DNA from: a virus
DNA length: 64,000 nucleotides
Direction: 5' to 3' (one strand)
IMG/VR virus record: IMGVR_UViG_3300045988_125802
Position 1 is the first letter of the stretch, and each line of letters starts with the position of its first letter. The notes under the pieces were generated by a model that was not told the origin of the DNA, did no database searches, and saw nothing but the letters and a program-made list of their open reading frames with translations. Position numbers and translations under genes: made by a program. Positions 1 through 9,777 of the stretch are shown here, piece after piece.

Positions 1-344
1 ATCTCTATATCAGAGATATTTGCAGTCTCTGCTTTAATAGAGATATTTGCAGTCTCTGCATGATTTATATCAGGAATATAGTATGAATCTATACTATTAT
101 GTGTAAATATAATTAGATTATTGCCTAGTACAGCTTGTCCTATAGGAACTCCAATGATATTATTGCCAAGACCTTCTATATCCATAAGTTTATTACCTTT
201 CTCATTGACAAGGCTACCTAAAGTATTCTCACCAAGAGGTGTAAGTCTTAGATTTTTATTTTCATAGGAATATTCAGGATTAAATTTGGAAACACTCAAA
301 TCCCTATTCATTCCCTTTATATTGAATACTATGGATTTATTCAT
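1..344 (-). CDS. Tail-associated virion protein, N-terminal 114 codons only (gene runs off the left edge)
   Basis: ATG is the rc of 342-344 and the frame is open to nt 1 (MNKSIVFNIKGMNRDLSVSKFNPEYSYENKNLRLTPLGENTLG...). It is the last gene of the leftward structural string. The product class is inferred from position only. Confidence 0.5.
   Translation of the reverse strand, partial: MNKSIVFNIKGMNRDLSVSKFNPEYSYENKNLRLTPLGENTLGSLVNEKGNKLMDIEGLGNNIIGVPIGQAVLGNNLIIFTHNSIDSYYIPDINHAETANISIKAETANISDIE
12..59 (-). repeat. 27-nt-period tandem coding repeat (2 copies)
   Basis: The identical 21-nt core agagatatttgcagtctctgc occurs at 12-32 and 39-59. It encodes AETANISIK/AETANISDI in the partial tail protein. 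Confidence 0.9.
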
Positions 345-354
345 ATCTAAACAG

Positions 355-1047
355 TTATTGAAGTTTTAACCTTTCTAACTCTCCATTACTCTTAAAGCCA
401 GTTCTATGTTCATTTCCTCTTATTATTAATGTTCTCCATGAATTATAGAAAGATTCTGCCTTATCAATAGATAGTCTATTAAATTCTGTTTGACAGTCTC
501 CAACTGCCCAAGCATATTCTCGCTGAACATTTTGCAGCACAGCTAATTGTATTTTACCTAAGTCAAATAATACTGTGAAACATTTCTTTTTTATATACAA
601 TTCCAATGCTCTAGTGAAACTACTATTGTCTGGAAGAAGAGGAAAACCATCATCATCTACCATAATAGCTTCATAGGATATTTCTATTTCTCCTTCTTTT
701 ATAGAAGTATAAATAATACCTCCCTGTATTTTATATGTGAGGCCAGAATATTCTGTAGGATTGGTATTATTGTGACTTAAATGAAAATTATCTGTAGAAT
801 ATCTAAAGGGAATATTCTCTTTAGTACTTCTAACTTGAATCATTTGATAATAATCATCAGGAAGAGCAGCTCTATAGTCATCTATCTCTAATATGGCTGT
901 TTTGTTTTCAAATATAGAAGGGACTCCTACAATTCTCATAAATTCAATAGTATATGCTACTGCTTTTTCAAGAGTCAAGTTCTGCAACAATGGATGCTGC
1001 ATTATACTGTCAAGTATATATCTAATATTATTATATGCCTCTGCCAT
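355..1047 (-). CDS. Hypothetical structural-module protein (230 aa)
   Basis: Intact ORF packed tightly between structural genes. No motif recognised. Tail-proximal or connector role suggested by position only. Confidence 0.6.
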   Translation of the reverse strand: MAEAYNNIRYILDSIMQHPLLQNLTLEKAVAYTIEFMRIVGVPSIFENKTAILEIDDYRAALPDDYYQMIQVRSTKENIPFRYSTDNFHLSHNNTNPTEYSGLTYKIQGGIIYTSIKEGEIEISYEAIMVDDDGFPLLPDNSSFTRALELYIKKKCFTVLFDLGKIQLAVLQNVQREYAWAVGDCQTEFNRLSIDKAESFYNSWRTLIIRGNEHRTGFKSNGELERLKLQ

Positions 1048-1054
1048 TTCAATA

Positions 1055-1588
1055 TTATTTTATTATAAAAGCATCAAGCTCATTATTTTTAATCTTTAAT
1101 TTCAGTCTAGTTTTAATATTCCTATTAATATTAAATTGGTAGAACAATTTATTTACATAATTGGCTATGTTCTTGTTATAGTAGACCTTGAACACCTCTT
1201 TTTCTGGTATTTTAATAAGTGTTTTATTCTTATAGGATTCCTCATCTTCATACCATAATTTAATGGTTCTATTCCAGTCAATGGGCATATTAGTTTTAAT
1301 TTTCCCATCCTTTATACATATATTTACATTGAACTTTCTCAATTCTAATCTGCCTAATCTACAAGGTAAAGTTATATCATTACCATTTAAGAATAGCTCT
1401 ACTAATTCCTCATTTACTTTTCTAATAATAGAAAAGTATTGATGTTCATTAAGTATATATTTAGGATCCTTTGGTTTATTCTTTCTATAGAATTTGAAGC
1501 CATCATAAACTCCATATGAGTTTCTAACCTTATGGTTTCTATGTCCTGACACTTTCAATATAGAGTTTCTAAAATCAGATAATCCCAT
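1055..1588 (-). CDS. HU/IHF-like (DNABII-like) DNA-binding protein candidate (177 aa)
   Basis: The segment IIRKVNEELVELFLNGNDITLPCRLGRLELRKF resembles the helix plus beta-arm start of Bacteroidetes HU-family proteins. crAss-like structural modules are reported to carry IHF-like genes (from memory). Confidence 0.4.
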   Translation of the reverse strand: MGLSDFRNSILKVSGHRNHKVRNSYGVYDGFKFYRKNKPKDPKYILNEHQYFSIIRKVNEELVELFLNGNDITLPCRLGRLELRKFNVNICIKDGKIKTNMPIDWNRTIKLWYEDEESYKNKTLIKIPEKEVFKVYYNKNIANYVNKLFYQFNINRNIKTRLKLKIKNNELDAFIIK

Positions 1589-1589
1589 A

Positions 1590-2267
1590 CTATTTTTTGA
1601 TATTTACTTCAGATAAATTATCTTTAGCATCATTAATATTGTCCTCTGGTCTATATATTGCAGGGGTGAGAGTTTTGATTATCATCTCTATTAATGGAGG
1701 TACTAAATAATCTTCAATAGGAAATACCCTATCCAATAACTCATTATTTACTCCTAATTGAAGATCTGATGCCGCAGCACAATCTTGGAATACACCATAG
1801 AGATAGATATTTTCTGTATTCAGAAAATCATTATTATTAAATTTAAAATATAGATAGTTATCAGGCCCAATAGAGCAATATACTATGTTTGATAAATACT
1901 TATTATATCCAGTGTATCTCATCCTATCCTTAGAAACCAATGATATTTCTCCATTATAATAATGGCTTGTATATACCCTTTTAACACCAAAAGGCATAAG
2001 TGAGGGTATTCTTTCCTCACTCCTCAAAAACACACCTCCTTCACAAGGTATACCTGATATAGCTGGAACTTCTATTAGGTTTAAATACACTTCTTGATAA
2101 TTATCCTCTGATACAATTTTTCTAGGGTCAGAATATCTCTGTTTTAATAAAATCGCTCTATATTTAACTAATAGAAGTATAATATGTTCCTCAGTAAAAT
2201 TAGAATCATCAGAGAATAGCTTTAACTCATCCAAAATCATATATACTAAATCTCTAAATGTGTGCAT
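1590..2267 (-). CDS. Hypothetical structural-module protein (225 aa), head-tail connector/adaptor candidate
   Basis: Intact ORF with its own TAnnTTTG-type promoter motif upstream. The function is positional inference. Confidence 0.55.
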   Translation of the reverse strand: MHTFRDLVYMILDELKLFSDDSNFTEEHIILLLVKYRAILLKQRYSDPRKIVSEDNYQEVYLNLIEVPAISGIPCEGGVFLRSEERIPSLMPFGVKRVYTSHYYNGEISLVSKDRMRYTGYNKYLSNIVYCSIGPDNYLYFKFNNNDFLNTENIYLYGVFQDCAAASDLQLGVNNELLDRVFPIEDYLVPPLIEMIIKTLTPAIYRPEDNINDAKDNLSEVNIKK

Positions 2268-2292
2268 AGTATAATATTTTAATATTCTATTG

Positions 2293-2300
2293 CAAATATA
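2293..2300 (-). promoter_or_regulatory. Bacteroidetes-type -7 promoter element TATATTTG
   Basis: The rc of caaatata matches TAnnTTTG, about 26 nt upstream of the ATG at 2267. Confidence 0.4.
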
Positions 2301-2370
2301 ATAAATAACGATATGCTATACAAGGATTTAATTACTTTTATATTATATGGATAAATTTAATGTTATAAGC

Positions 2371-2400
2371 AAAAAAAAAGAGGACCTAAGTCCTCTTTTT
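2371..2400 (-). terminator. Rho-independent terminator (bidirectional shape)
   Basis: aaaaaaaaag-aggac-ctaa-gtcct-cttttt. On the minus strand the stem AGAGGAC/GTCCTCT is followed by a T9 run, immediately after the stop at 2410. Confidence 0.75.
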
Positions 2401-2409
2401 GTTACTTAT

Positions 2410-3456
2410 TTAATCTCCCTCAGAAGTATCCAATTTAGCAATAGATAGACCTGTAGCTGAGTTTATAGCAGCTATAATGTCATTAGCTAGCTTATTAGAT
2501 ACTGAATTATTAGCACCAACTTTAGGAACAACCAAAGTTATATCTTTTTCAGATTTTTGTACACCCTCATTGCTGCCTATATAAGCATAATGTATATCAA
2601 TAACATTATATTTACTTTCTGGATCTACTAGATAGCTTGTTCTAATAACATTAGGGAATCCTACCATCCTATAGACGTCTCCTCTCTCACCCATACAGAA
2701 ATACTCTAAGTCAGCAATTTTATGACCATTAGAGATACTATTGGTTGAAGCCACTTTCTTCACAACTCCCCAAATTCTATAATCACCATCAGCAATAATA
2801 GAGTCAGGCTGTAGTGTAAAGTTAACAGGAACCTGTTCCATTACACCAAGAATCCATTCTTGTGGAGCTTCTTCTATTACCAATCCTGTATATGTTCCAG
2901 TTAGAGAGCTTTCTTTGGTATCTTTTGTTACCTCTGCAGGAGTTCCTGTAACTGTATCGGGTTTAGTACCTCCTGTTTCCAGATAGAATTTTAACAATCC
3001 TTCTTCCTCTCTGCTGAAATTCTTAACCAATGATATAGCTAGTGTCTTGTAAAAGTCTGATGCTGTCATACCTGTATAAGCATGTACCATACCATATTTA
3101 TAATATTGATCCTCATCTGACAGTCCAATGTAGTTTCTGAATGCAATCCTTAAAATGTAATCTTGTCCTGCTACAGGATTACCACTATTGATAGTACTAT
3201 CAAGTGTTAATTTATACTTAGCTAAATCATGAGCTAAATCATCAGCATCAGTAGCTTTGGCATAAATAATATTATCAGTGTTTATAAGGTCACTTCTCGT
3301 TATTCCTCCTGCACCCATATATTCAAAATACAAATGTGTCTTATTTGTATCGGATTTTACAGCAATAGCACCTGCTGTATCAGTTTTGATTACATTGGGA
3401 GATTTTAGAGCATTAGCTACATAAAGCTGCCTTACTTGATTTGTTGAAAATACCAT
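2410..3456 (-). CDS. Abundant virion protein candidate (348 aa; capsid-associated/auxiliary)
   Basis: Monocistronic unit with its own TATATTTG motif (3477-3484) and a strong terminator (2371-2400), located two genes downstream of the MCP. No enzymatic motif found. Confidence 0.55.
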   Translation of the reverse strand: MVFSTNQVRQLYVANALKSPNVIKTDTAGAIAVKSDTNKTHLYFEYMGAGGITRSDLINTDNIIYAKATDADDLAHDLAKYKLTLDSTINSGNPVAGQDYILRIAFRNYIGLSDEDQYYKYGMVHAYTGMTASDFYKTLAISLVKNFSREEEGLLKFYLETGGTKPDTVTGTPAEVTKDTKESSLTGTYTGLVIEEAPQEWILGVMEQVPVNFTLQPDSIIADGDYRIWGVVKKVASTNSISNGHKIADLEYFCMGERGDVYRMVGFPNVIRTSYLVDPESKYNVIDIHYAYIGSNEGVQKSEKDITLVVPKVGANNSVSNKLANDIIAAINSATGLSIAKLDTSEGD

Positions 3457-3476
3457 AATTAAAATTTTTAATTAAA

Positions 3477-3484
3477 CAAATATA
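3477..3484 (-). promoter_or_regulatory. Bacteroidetes-type -7 promoter element TATATTTG
   Basis: The rc of caaatata lies about 21 nt upstream of the ATG at 3456. Confidence 0.4.
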
Positions 3485-3489
3485 AGAAA

Positions 3490-4176
3490 TTATTTCACTA
3501 TTTGTGTTGAATATACCCTTTTAGCAATTTCTACTGCCACTTCCAATATTTTTCTATGTAGGGCAGAGTTTAATCTGCACTCTGAGCTGGCTTCTCTGCC
3601 ATTTATAGATAGGCCCTCTGGTAAATCTATCAATATAATAGGGTCAGGCCTAGATAAGTATCTAACAGTATAATTCTTTATATTGTATTTGGATACCAAT
3701 TCTACTGAGTTATCTTTCACATCCAATCTTAAGACTCTTCTGTGATTAGGTCCTCTGTATGGACTATTTATAGTCCTGTAATAATCATCTTGTGACACTG
3801 GGACTACTATGGCATTACTAGATTGACCTAATAATGAATCATCTTCAAGATGGGCTGATTCATATACAATAAACCATATATCATTAGGTAACACAAAAGT
3901 ATAAGAGTCACATGATAATTTGCCACTACACCACATAGATTCACGTGGATTCAACACACAAGTCCTAACTAGATTACTTAAATACCTCTTAGCTTCCTCA
4001 GTATTATCAAATGAGATATTTAAATTACTCTTGCCCCCATACAAGCTTAACACTACTTCTTCTTGTGCTTTTGTTAATATAACAGATTTCTCATATTCAT
4101 CCAATCCAGGAGATTGATTACTTGCTATATTATTGTAATAGATGTCAAATTCATTATTGAACTCTTCGTTAGTCAT
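3490..4176 (-). CDS. Hypothetical structural-module protein (228 aa)
   Basis: Intact ORF, 1-nt spacing to the upstream gene, in the capsid-proximal block. Confidence 0.6.
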   Translation of the reverse strand: MTNEEFNNEFDIYYNNIASNQSPGLDEYEKSVILTKAQEEVVLSLYGGKSNLNISFDNTEEAKRYLSNLVRTCVLNPRESMWCSGKLSCDSYTFVLPNDIWFIVYESAHLEDDSLLGQSSNAIVVPVSQDDYYRTINSPYRGPNHRRVLRLDVKDNSVELVSKYNIKNYTVRYLSRPDPIILIDLPEGLSINGREASSECRLNSALHRKILEVAVEIAKRVYSTQIVK

Positions 4177-4177
4177 A

Positions 4178-5200
4178 TTATTTTATTTTTGCTTGCAAAG
4201 AAAATAATATATCTTGATGCTTTGGTGAATTGAGATACTTAGCAGCTATATTCAATGTTGGCTCTTCATTTATCTCACATAAAGGAGAATTATCACTTCT
4301 TAGGTATAAATAGTTACCTCTATTTGAAATCAAACCAAGCTCTATACATTTCTTTATAAGGACTTTAGTACCTAGGAGAGGATCTGTAACAACTCTTAAG
4401 AATATCTTACTATCTGCTTGAATCAGAGCATTAACTCTTGTTTGTAAAAATTCAAGTTTAGCTGAAGGGGAAGTAGGTCTCCCATCAATAATTTCCACTA
4501 TTACCCTCAGAGTATCAATATCATCTTCAATCTTACCAAACTCTTTATAGCATCTCATTGTAGTGCTCATATTATCCTTATTTACCTTAGTCTCTTCACC
4601 ATCTGATATAATAACAAATTGGTAAGTAGATTTGGGGCTGTCTTGTAATACCTGTAATGATGGAGCAATATAATCTTTATTTGCTAATAGTATCTTGTAT
4701 CTGATGTAATCCTCTGGGTCAGCAAGGTTAAAATAATTATCTTGCTTAGATAATCTTACTCTCGAGATACCTCCTTCATTGCTATCATCCCAGAAATTAT
4801 CCACCTTTTTATAAACACTTAATGCGTTATATTCAAGACCCATTATTTCTTCGAGAAATGCTTTCTCTTTATCTGTAAGAACATTGACAAACATCCCTGA
4901 AGATAATCTTGGTACTGTAAATACTATTACAGCCCCCTCTGCCATACCTCCAGACAATACATGTTTAGGATTATTACCCCATATACCTGTCAATTTAGGT
5001 ATATGTCTTACAATAATTCTTTCATTTCTCAAACAATTAACTGGAGCATCTCCAGACACTTCTATCTTCTCTTGCTTCTTTCTTGTGGTCTTTGCAGTGA
5101 CTTCTTCTTTTGACACTTCTCGGAGTGGAATCTCTGTATCATCTACATCAAAATTAAGTTCAGTATAATCCACTTTCTCTTCCATTTTCTTCTCTACCAT
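4178..5200 (-). CDS. Hypothetical structural-module protein (340 aa)
   Basis: Intact ORF directly downstream of the MCP with an acidic N-terminus. No motif recognised. Confidence 0.6.
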   Translation of the reverse strand: MVEKKMEEKVDYTELNFDVDDTEIPLREVSKEEVTAKTTRKKQEKIEVSGDAPVNCLRNERIIVRHIPKLTGIWGNNPKHVLSGGMAEGAVIVFTVPRLSSGMFVNVLTDKEKAFLEEIMGLEYNALSVYKKVDNFWDDSNEGGISRVRLSKQDNYFNLADPEDYIRYKILLANKDYIAPSLQVLQDSPKSTYQFVIISDGEETKVNKDNMSTTMRCYKEFGKIEDDIDTLRVIVEIIDGRPTSPSAKLEFLQTRVNALIQADSKIFLRVVTDPLLGTKVLIKKCIELGLISNRGNYLYLRSDNSPLCEINEEPTLNIAAKYLNSPKHQDILFSLQAKIK

Positions 5201-5278
5201 ATCTTATATTATTTTCTTTCCTTTGTTTTCTTTCAATAAGGTAAAGGGGAATAGGAGTTTCTCTACTCCCCTTTATTG

Positions 5279-6739
5279 TTAACCCTGCAGAATTGCAGGA
5301 ATAAGTGACATAGTTCTTGTTGGATCAAGAACACAGATACCAAGAGTAGCCATTCTATGAATTACAGCGGCATCTTCATCAAATGACATATAGGGATTAC
5401 CTATTTGTCCTGTAAACGGATTTCTCAATCCCCACTGATAACCTCTATATTCATTATCTCCTTTAATCTTACATTTAAAGATATTAGGTTGGTCCATAGT
5501 ACCAATATACATAATATCATACCTGTAAGAGAAGGCAGGGCCTCCATTTGGATGGATTACTTTGTTCCTTACTGGATCATCATAAAGAGGATCTACATCA
5601 ATTTTAACCCTAACTCCATTAGGAGCTTGATATTCTACAAATTGGAAGCCAGCACTCAATGAGTTTTGATGCAACTTAGACTGCGTCTTTTGAACAACAC
5701 CAATAGAATTATTATCAAGAACGAATTGAGTCCAACCTGATATTGTCTTTAGTACCTCTTTGTGGAATTGAATAGCACCTCTCTCACCAGTTTTGATTAA
5801 GAAGTACCTATCTCCATAATCCAATTTAGAAGCAGAAAGCTCATACAAAGCATCTTCAAGAAGTTTCAAACTAAATGTATTGTAATACATAGTATTGGCA
5901 ACTTCCATTTGCTCAAACAGGCCAGCACCCGTTTTAATAGAATTACCAGATTTACCAAAGTTCATATACTCTCCATTGGAATTTCTGTTGCTTCTACCAA
6001 ATGCCAATGCGTTATTCTTGTATTCAGAGAACTGTTGTTCTACTTCCCATTCTACATTGTGCATCCACTTTGTGGCAACTGTCTTAACTGCTCTACCTCC
6101 CTCTTCTTTAAGGATAGGAATACCTATAGCCAATTTTTTATTCAGCATAGAACCTGGAACCTTATGCTGTATCCTTACTACAGACCATTCATTCCTCATG
6201 GAAATGGGGCTTGTAAATCTGACATCACCTACTTTTCTTGATAACTCTTTTTCTACGAAAGCAGCTTCAACTGAGAATCTCTCTCCTGCAAGTATCCTTT
6301 CAGCAGGAACACCTGTTGTATTGCCTCCTGCAAGTTCTACTTTATACACTGCATTGGTACCTTCCATTCTTGGCTCCCCAAGAATCCTAAACTGATAGAC
6401 TTCATTTAGATTACCAACGATATACTCACCATCAGCAAACCAGTCTTCAGGAAAGACTAAATAAAAAGGAGCAGTACCCACTCCAATCATACCACTATCA
6501 GCCTCAACAACAGTACCATTTTCATCCCTTGCCTCTATAAGAGGAATATTCCTTCTTGAAGAACCAATAACTTCCCAATAGTATTCACTATCATCCTCAA
6601 ATTCTTTTATTGGAAATTGATTAAGGAATGTGTCAAGTGTTTTTCCCCTATAATAGGCCAATAATTGTACCATTAGGTTTGTAGCTTTTTGTGGACTTAA
6701 CTGAAAGATAGCACCAAGATGGTTCTCTTTTGTTAACAT
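5279..6739 (-). CDS. Major capsid protein candidate (486 aa, HK97-fold class expected)
   Basis: Size, position after an acidic coiled-coil scaffold-like gene, and overall resemblance to crAss-like MCPs as I remember them. No catalytic motifs. Needs HHpred. Confidence 0.7.
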   Translation of the reverse strand: MLTKENHLGAIFQLSPQKATNLMVQLLAYYRGKTLDTFLNQFPIKEFEDDSEYYWEVIGSSRRNIPLIEARDENGTVVEADSGMIGVGTAPFYLVFPEDWFADGEYIVGNLNEVYQFRILGEPRMEGTNAVYKVELAGGNTTGVPAERILAGERFSVEAAFVEKELSRKVGDVRFTSPISMRNEWSVVRIQHKVPGSMLNKKLAIGIPILKEEGGRAVKTVATKWMHNVEWEVEQQFSEYKNNALAFGRSNRNSNGEYMNFGKSGNSIKTGAGLFEQMEVANTMYYNTFSLKLLEDALYELSASKLDYGDRYFLIKTGERGAIQFHKEVLKTISGWTQFVLDNNSIGVVQKTQSKLHQNSLSAGFQFVEYQAPNGVRVKIDVDPLYDDPVRNKVIHPNGGPAFSYRYDIMYIGTMDQPNIFKCKIKGDNEYRGYQWGLRNPFTGQIGNPYMSFDEDAAVIHRMATLGICVLDPTRTMSLIPAILQG

Positions 6740-7347
6740 TCTGTTATCCTATAGGCTTTTTATCCTATAGCTCTTTCACTTTACCATTGTGAAAGTTCAG
6801 CATATATCTTCATACTATTTAGTATGTTGGGCACTCGTGGAAGAATTATATTCTATGTGGTTATAAATACATGCTTTCCCGAATGTAGGATTATGTAAAT
6901 AAATCCATTCATAGTTTCATCTTCTATGCGTTACACTGTCCATAGGTATTATCCTATGTCTTAGCACGGTATTACCCTTTATTATTGGAGGGCTTCACCG
7001 TTTTTACCCAATTTTACAAGGGCTTAACCTGTGAGTCAACCCTTCCAATGTTGGAAACCTACCATTTGAAATTTACCTAATTTTCCAGCCATTTTCTCAA
7101 ATTTAATTGTTAGTTATATTTATAATACCATAAAAGTTTATAACTTCTGTGTTCCAAAGTACATCTCCTACCTTTGTAATTGCAAATCATTAACATAATC
7201 TATTTGCTATTCAATTTATTTTGTACTATAGTACCCAGTAGTATTTTCCCTTGAATTTACTTATATCATAGTCTCATTTTATTAGGATTTACTCTGTACT
7301 CTTTATTTATATCTACGGCTTTATAATTTCTTATGAAATTATTCCAT
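6740..7347 (-). other. 608-nt ORF-free, hairpin-rich leader upstream of the MCP gene
   Basis: No ORF of 60 aa or more on either strand. There are several perfect 7-bp hairpins (6749-6770; ctttcac/gtgaaag and catacta/tagtatg downstream of it). The motif TTATCCTATAG occurs at 6745-6755 and 6760-6770, with a variant TTATCCTATG near 6949. Confidence 0.6.
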
Positions 7348-8508
7348 TTACACATCCAAATCCCAATCCTTTCCAATAAAGGATTCAGGATCATCTTCAA
7401 CTCCACTAACAAACCTCAAATTGCCATCAGAGGATCTTGCTGTATTATTAAGGACATGTTCTAACTCTTTAAGGCTCTTTTTTACTTCTCTTTTCACTTT
7501 ACCTTTAACTAAGCCGTCTAAATTCTTAAACCCATCAGTAAGAGTAAACAATAGGCCTAGATTCTTCAAAAAATCAATCCTATTCTCCATTTCATATTTT
7601 TGAATAGCTGTAAAGAACTCTCCTGTCTCAGGATCTTTATAAATAGGCTTACTTATATTATCATATATTTTTTGTCTTGTACCCTTATCCAAAGATAAGT
7701 CACCAAATACCATATTTTCTTCAAGGATGGATTTCCTTAAATCTTCAGCCTGTTTCTTCCTTTCCTGTACTTCTCTTTGAGCCTCTTCTTGAGCTTCCTT
7801 TATAAGACTATCATACTCAGTTTGAAAAAATTCCTTGTTACTAGCTAAAGCTTCTCTTGCATCTTCTAGATCTGTCCCAGAATTAAAAGATTTCTGTACC
7901 TCTCTTTGTGCTCTTTCTTTGCTATAACCTCTATTAATGAAATCTTGATAAATAAGTTGTTGTCTTAATTTTTCACCTTTATCAGATTCATCAGCAATCA
8001 TATTGTCTTGAAGAGAATTTAAATAATTAAGTGTATTCTCATACCTCTTGACTTCATCTGGCTCAATTCCTACATTAAGTGCCTTGTCAATTCTTCTTTG
8101 CCTCTCATCAAGCCTTGCTTGAATTTGATTTTCAATAGCTTCTGCGAAATCTTCAGGTGACTGAATCTTGTTAGCAACATCATCTTCAAGGTCAGGGAAG
8201 ATACCTTCTTCTTTCAAGGCTTTAGCAATGGAAGAGTAGAAGTTATTATTGAGAGAAGTGCCTTTACCTTTTCCAGAATCAGTATCTTCCTTTTCCTCTA
8301 TATCATCTTCTTTTCCACTACCTACGCCCTCTGGCTTATCAGTAAATAAATTATTTACATCAACAACCTCAGTAGTTTCTTCATTATTATCTTTATCTTG
8401 GGGGGCATTGCCCTTATCAGCAGTAGCATCTTGTGTCCCCTCTTCTACAAACAGATCTTCTATTTCATCTGCTCCTAAAATGTTATCCAAACTCAATTCT
8501 TCTTCCAT
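7348..8508 (-). CDS. Scaffolding-protein candidate (386 aa, very acidic, coiled-coil rich)
   Basis: D/E/K/Q-rich low-complexity and heptad-like sequence immediately upstream of the MCP. Composition and position are the only evidence. Confidence 0.45.
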   Translation of the reverse strand: MEEELSLDNILGADEIEDLFVEEGTQDATADKGNAPQDKDNNEETTEVVDVNNLFTDKPEGVGSGKEDDIEEKEDTDSGKGKGTSLNNNFYSSIAKALKEEGIFPDLEDDVANKIQSPEDFAEAIENQIQARLDERQRRIDKALNVGIEPDEVKRYENTLNYLNSLQDNMIADESDKGEKLRQQLIYQDFINRGYSKERAQREVQKSFNSGTDLEDAREALASNKEFFQTEYDSLIKEAQEEAQREVQERKKQAEDLRKSILEENMVFGDLSLDKGTRQKIYDNISKPIYKDPETGEFFTAIQKYEMENRIDFLKNLGLLFTLTDGFKNLDGLVKGKVKREVKKSLKELEHVLNNTARSSDGNLRFVSGVEDDPESFIGKDWDLDV

Positions 8509-8540
8509 CTTCTACTACAATATTTGTTATAAACATAGTG

Positions 8541-8548
8541 CAAAGTTA
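8541..8548 (-). promoter_or_regulatory. Bacteroidetes-type -7 promoter element TAACTTTG
   Basis: The rc of caaagtta lies about 33 nt upstream of the ATG at 8508. The same octamer precedes the gene at 31026. Confidence 0.4.
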
Positions 8549-8662
8549 TGGATAACTCTGTATTTACACAAGTACATAAATAAGCTTCTTATAGTAGTAC
8601 AACAAAAGTATTTGTCTTATATACAAAAAGAAGGACAAGATACTAATCTTGTCCTATCTTAA

Positions 8663-9334
8663 CTAATCTTCTTTAAAGTAATTCCATAACTTAAAACCAT
8701 CTTTATAATCATCATCTTTGAACCAGAATACAACAGCAGATTCAATTATCTTTTGTTCTATGCCATCATTAAACCATGACTTAAACAGTTCACAATAGTC
8801 ATGATATTGTGCATTAATAGCTACATATACATCAGCATGGGTTACACTTTGGGGTATAAATCCTCTATATCTTTCACATACTTCCTTTGCTTTGGATATG
8901 TCAAATTTTTCTCCAACATGTTTTCTACCATTTTCAAAGTGATACATATTAGATACTACATACTTCGCGTAAGAGTCATTAAAATGTTCATTGCCAGTAA
9001 CATCTTTATTCTTCATAGCTTTCATAAACCTATACATATCCTCTTCATTCATATCCCCTGACATCCTATTAATTCTATCAAAGAGTCTATATCGGCCTCT
9101 ATTATCTGAGTTAAGCATTTCATCAAACTCTTCAGGGTAATTATGCCTTCTCATATAAAAATCATCATACATATCATTAAACATCGGAAAATCTCCTTCT
9201 CCTTGGTGTCTCATATAATGACTGTTGTTATTCTTGGACATAAATTCTCTAAACTTGCCTATGAACTCTTGCTCACTCATATTTTTACCTATACCTCTAT
9301 CTTTAAGGTATTTCATTAACATAAGTTCATCCAT
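8663..9334 (-). CDS. Hypothetical protein (223 aa)
   Basis: Intact ORF. No motif recognised. Confidence 0.55.
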   Translation of the reverse strand: MDELMLMKYLKDRGIGKNMSEQEFIGKFREFMSKNNNSHYMRHQGEGDFPMFNDMYDDFYMRRHNYPEEFDEMLNSDNRGRYRLFDRINRMSGDMNEEDMYRFMKAMKNKDVTGNEHFNDSYAKYVVSNMYHFENGRKHVGEKFDISKAKEVCERYRGFIPQSVTHADVYVAINAQYHDYCELFKSWFNDGIEQKIIESAVVFWFKDDDYKDGFKLWNYFKED

Positions 9335-9420
9335 ATCTACTAGTCTTTAATGATTAACATTTCTTTAAAACTTTCTAGATCTGCTATATCAAATACTAAT
9401 CTTTTATCTGTAAAAGGTAT

Positions 9421-9449
9421 AAAAAAAAAGCAACCTTAATTGGCTGCTT
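9421..9449 (-). terminator. Rho-independent terminator
   Basis: The minus strand reads GCAGCC-AATTAA-GGTTGC followed by T9. The hairpin overlaps the stop codon of the 113-aa gene. Confidence 0.65.
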
Positions 9450-9777
9450 TATCGTGCTTATAATAAACTTCCATGATTTTGCTATATATATAAGTGACTA
9501 GATAAGCATCTACTTCATCATTATCTCTCTGTGGTTCATATCCTATGTATCTCCATATAGCATTCTTTATATGCACTGCTTCATGAGCTATACTGCTACC
9601 GCTCCTAAAATTTACTGCTACAAGAGATGCCCCATATTGATCTATAGTTATAGCCTTAGCCTCATTACTCATTTCTTCACTAGGTAAGAACTCATTTAAT
9701 TCTTTCCATTTATCAAATATAACTATAGTAAGTTTATAGTCGAATATTGGTATTATTATCTTCTTTTGGGTTATCAT
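9436..9777 (-). CDS. Small HEXXH zinc-metallopeptidase-like protein (113 aa)
   Basis: AHEAVH motif (HExxH) in the context SSIAHEAVHIKNAIW. Confidence 0.45.
   Translation of the reverse strand: MITQKKIIIPIFDYKLTIVIFDKWKELNEFLPSEEMSNEAKAITIDQYGASLVAVNFRSGSSIAHEAVHIKNAIWRYIGYEPQRDNDEVDAYLVTYIYSKIMEVYYKHDKAAN

Noticed and set aside
5895-6395. 166-aa and 110-aa plus-strand ORFs (5895..6395, 5909..6241; also 5405..5662) inside the MCP gene
   Set aside because: They lie antisense to a long, well-supported CDS. Their translations are low-complexity S/L/P-rich, as expected from reading an AT-rich gene backwards. They have no start context and no independent signals.
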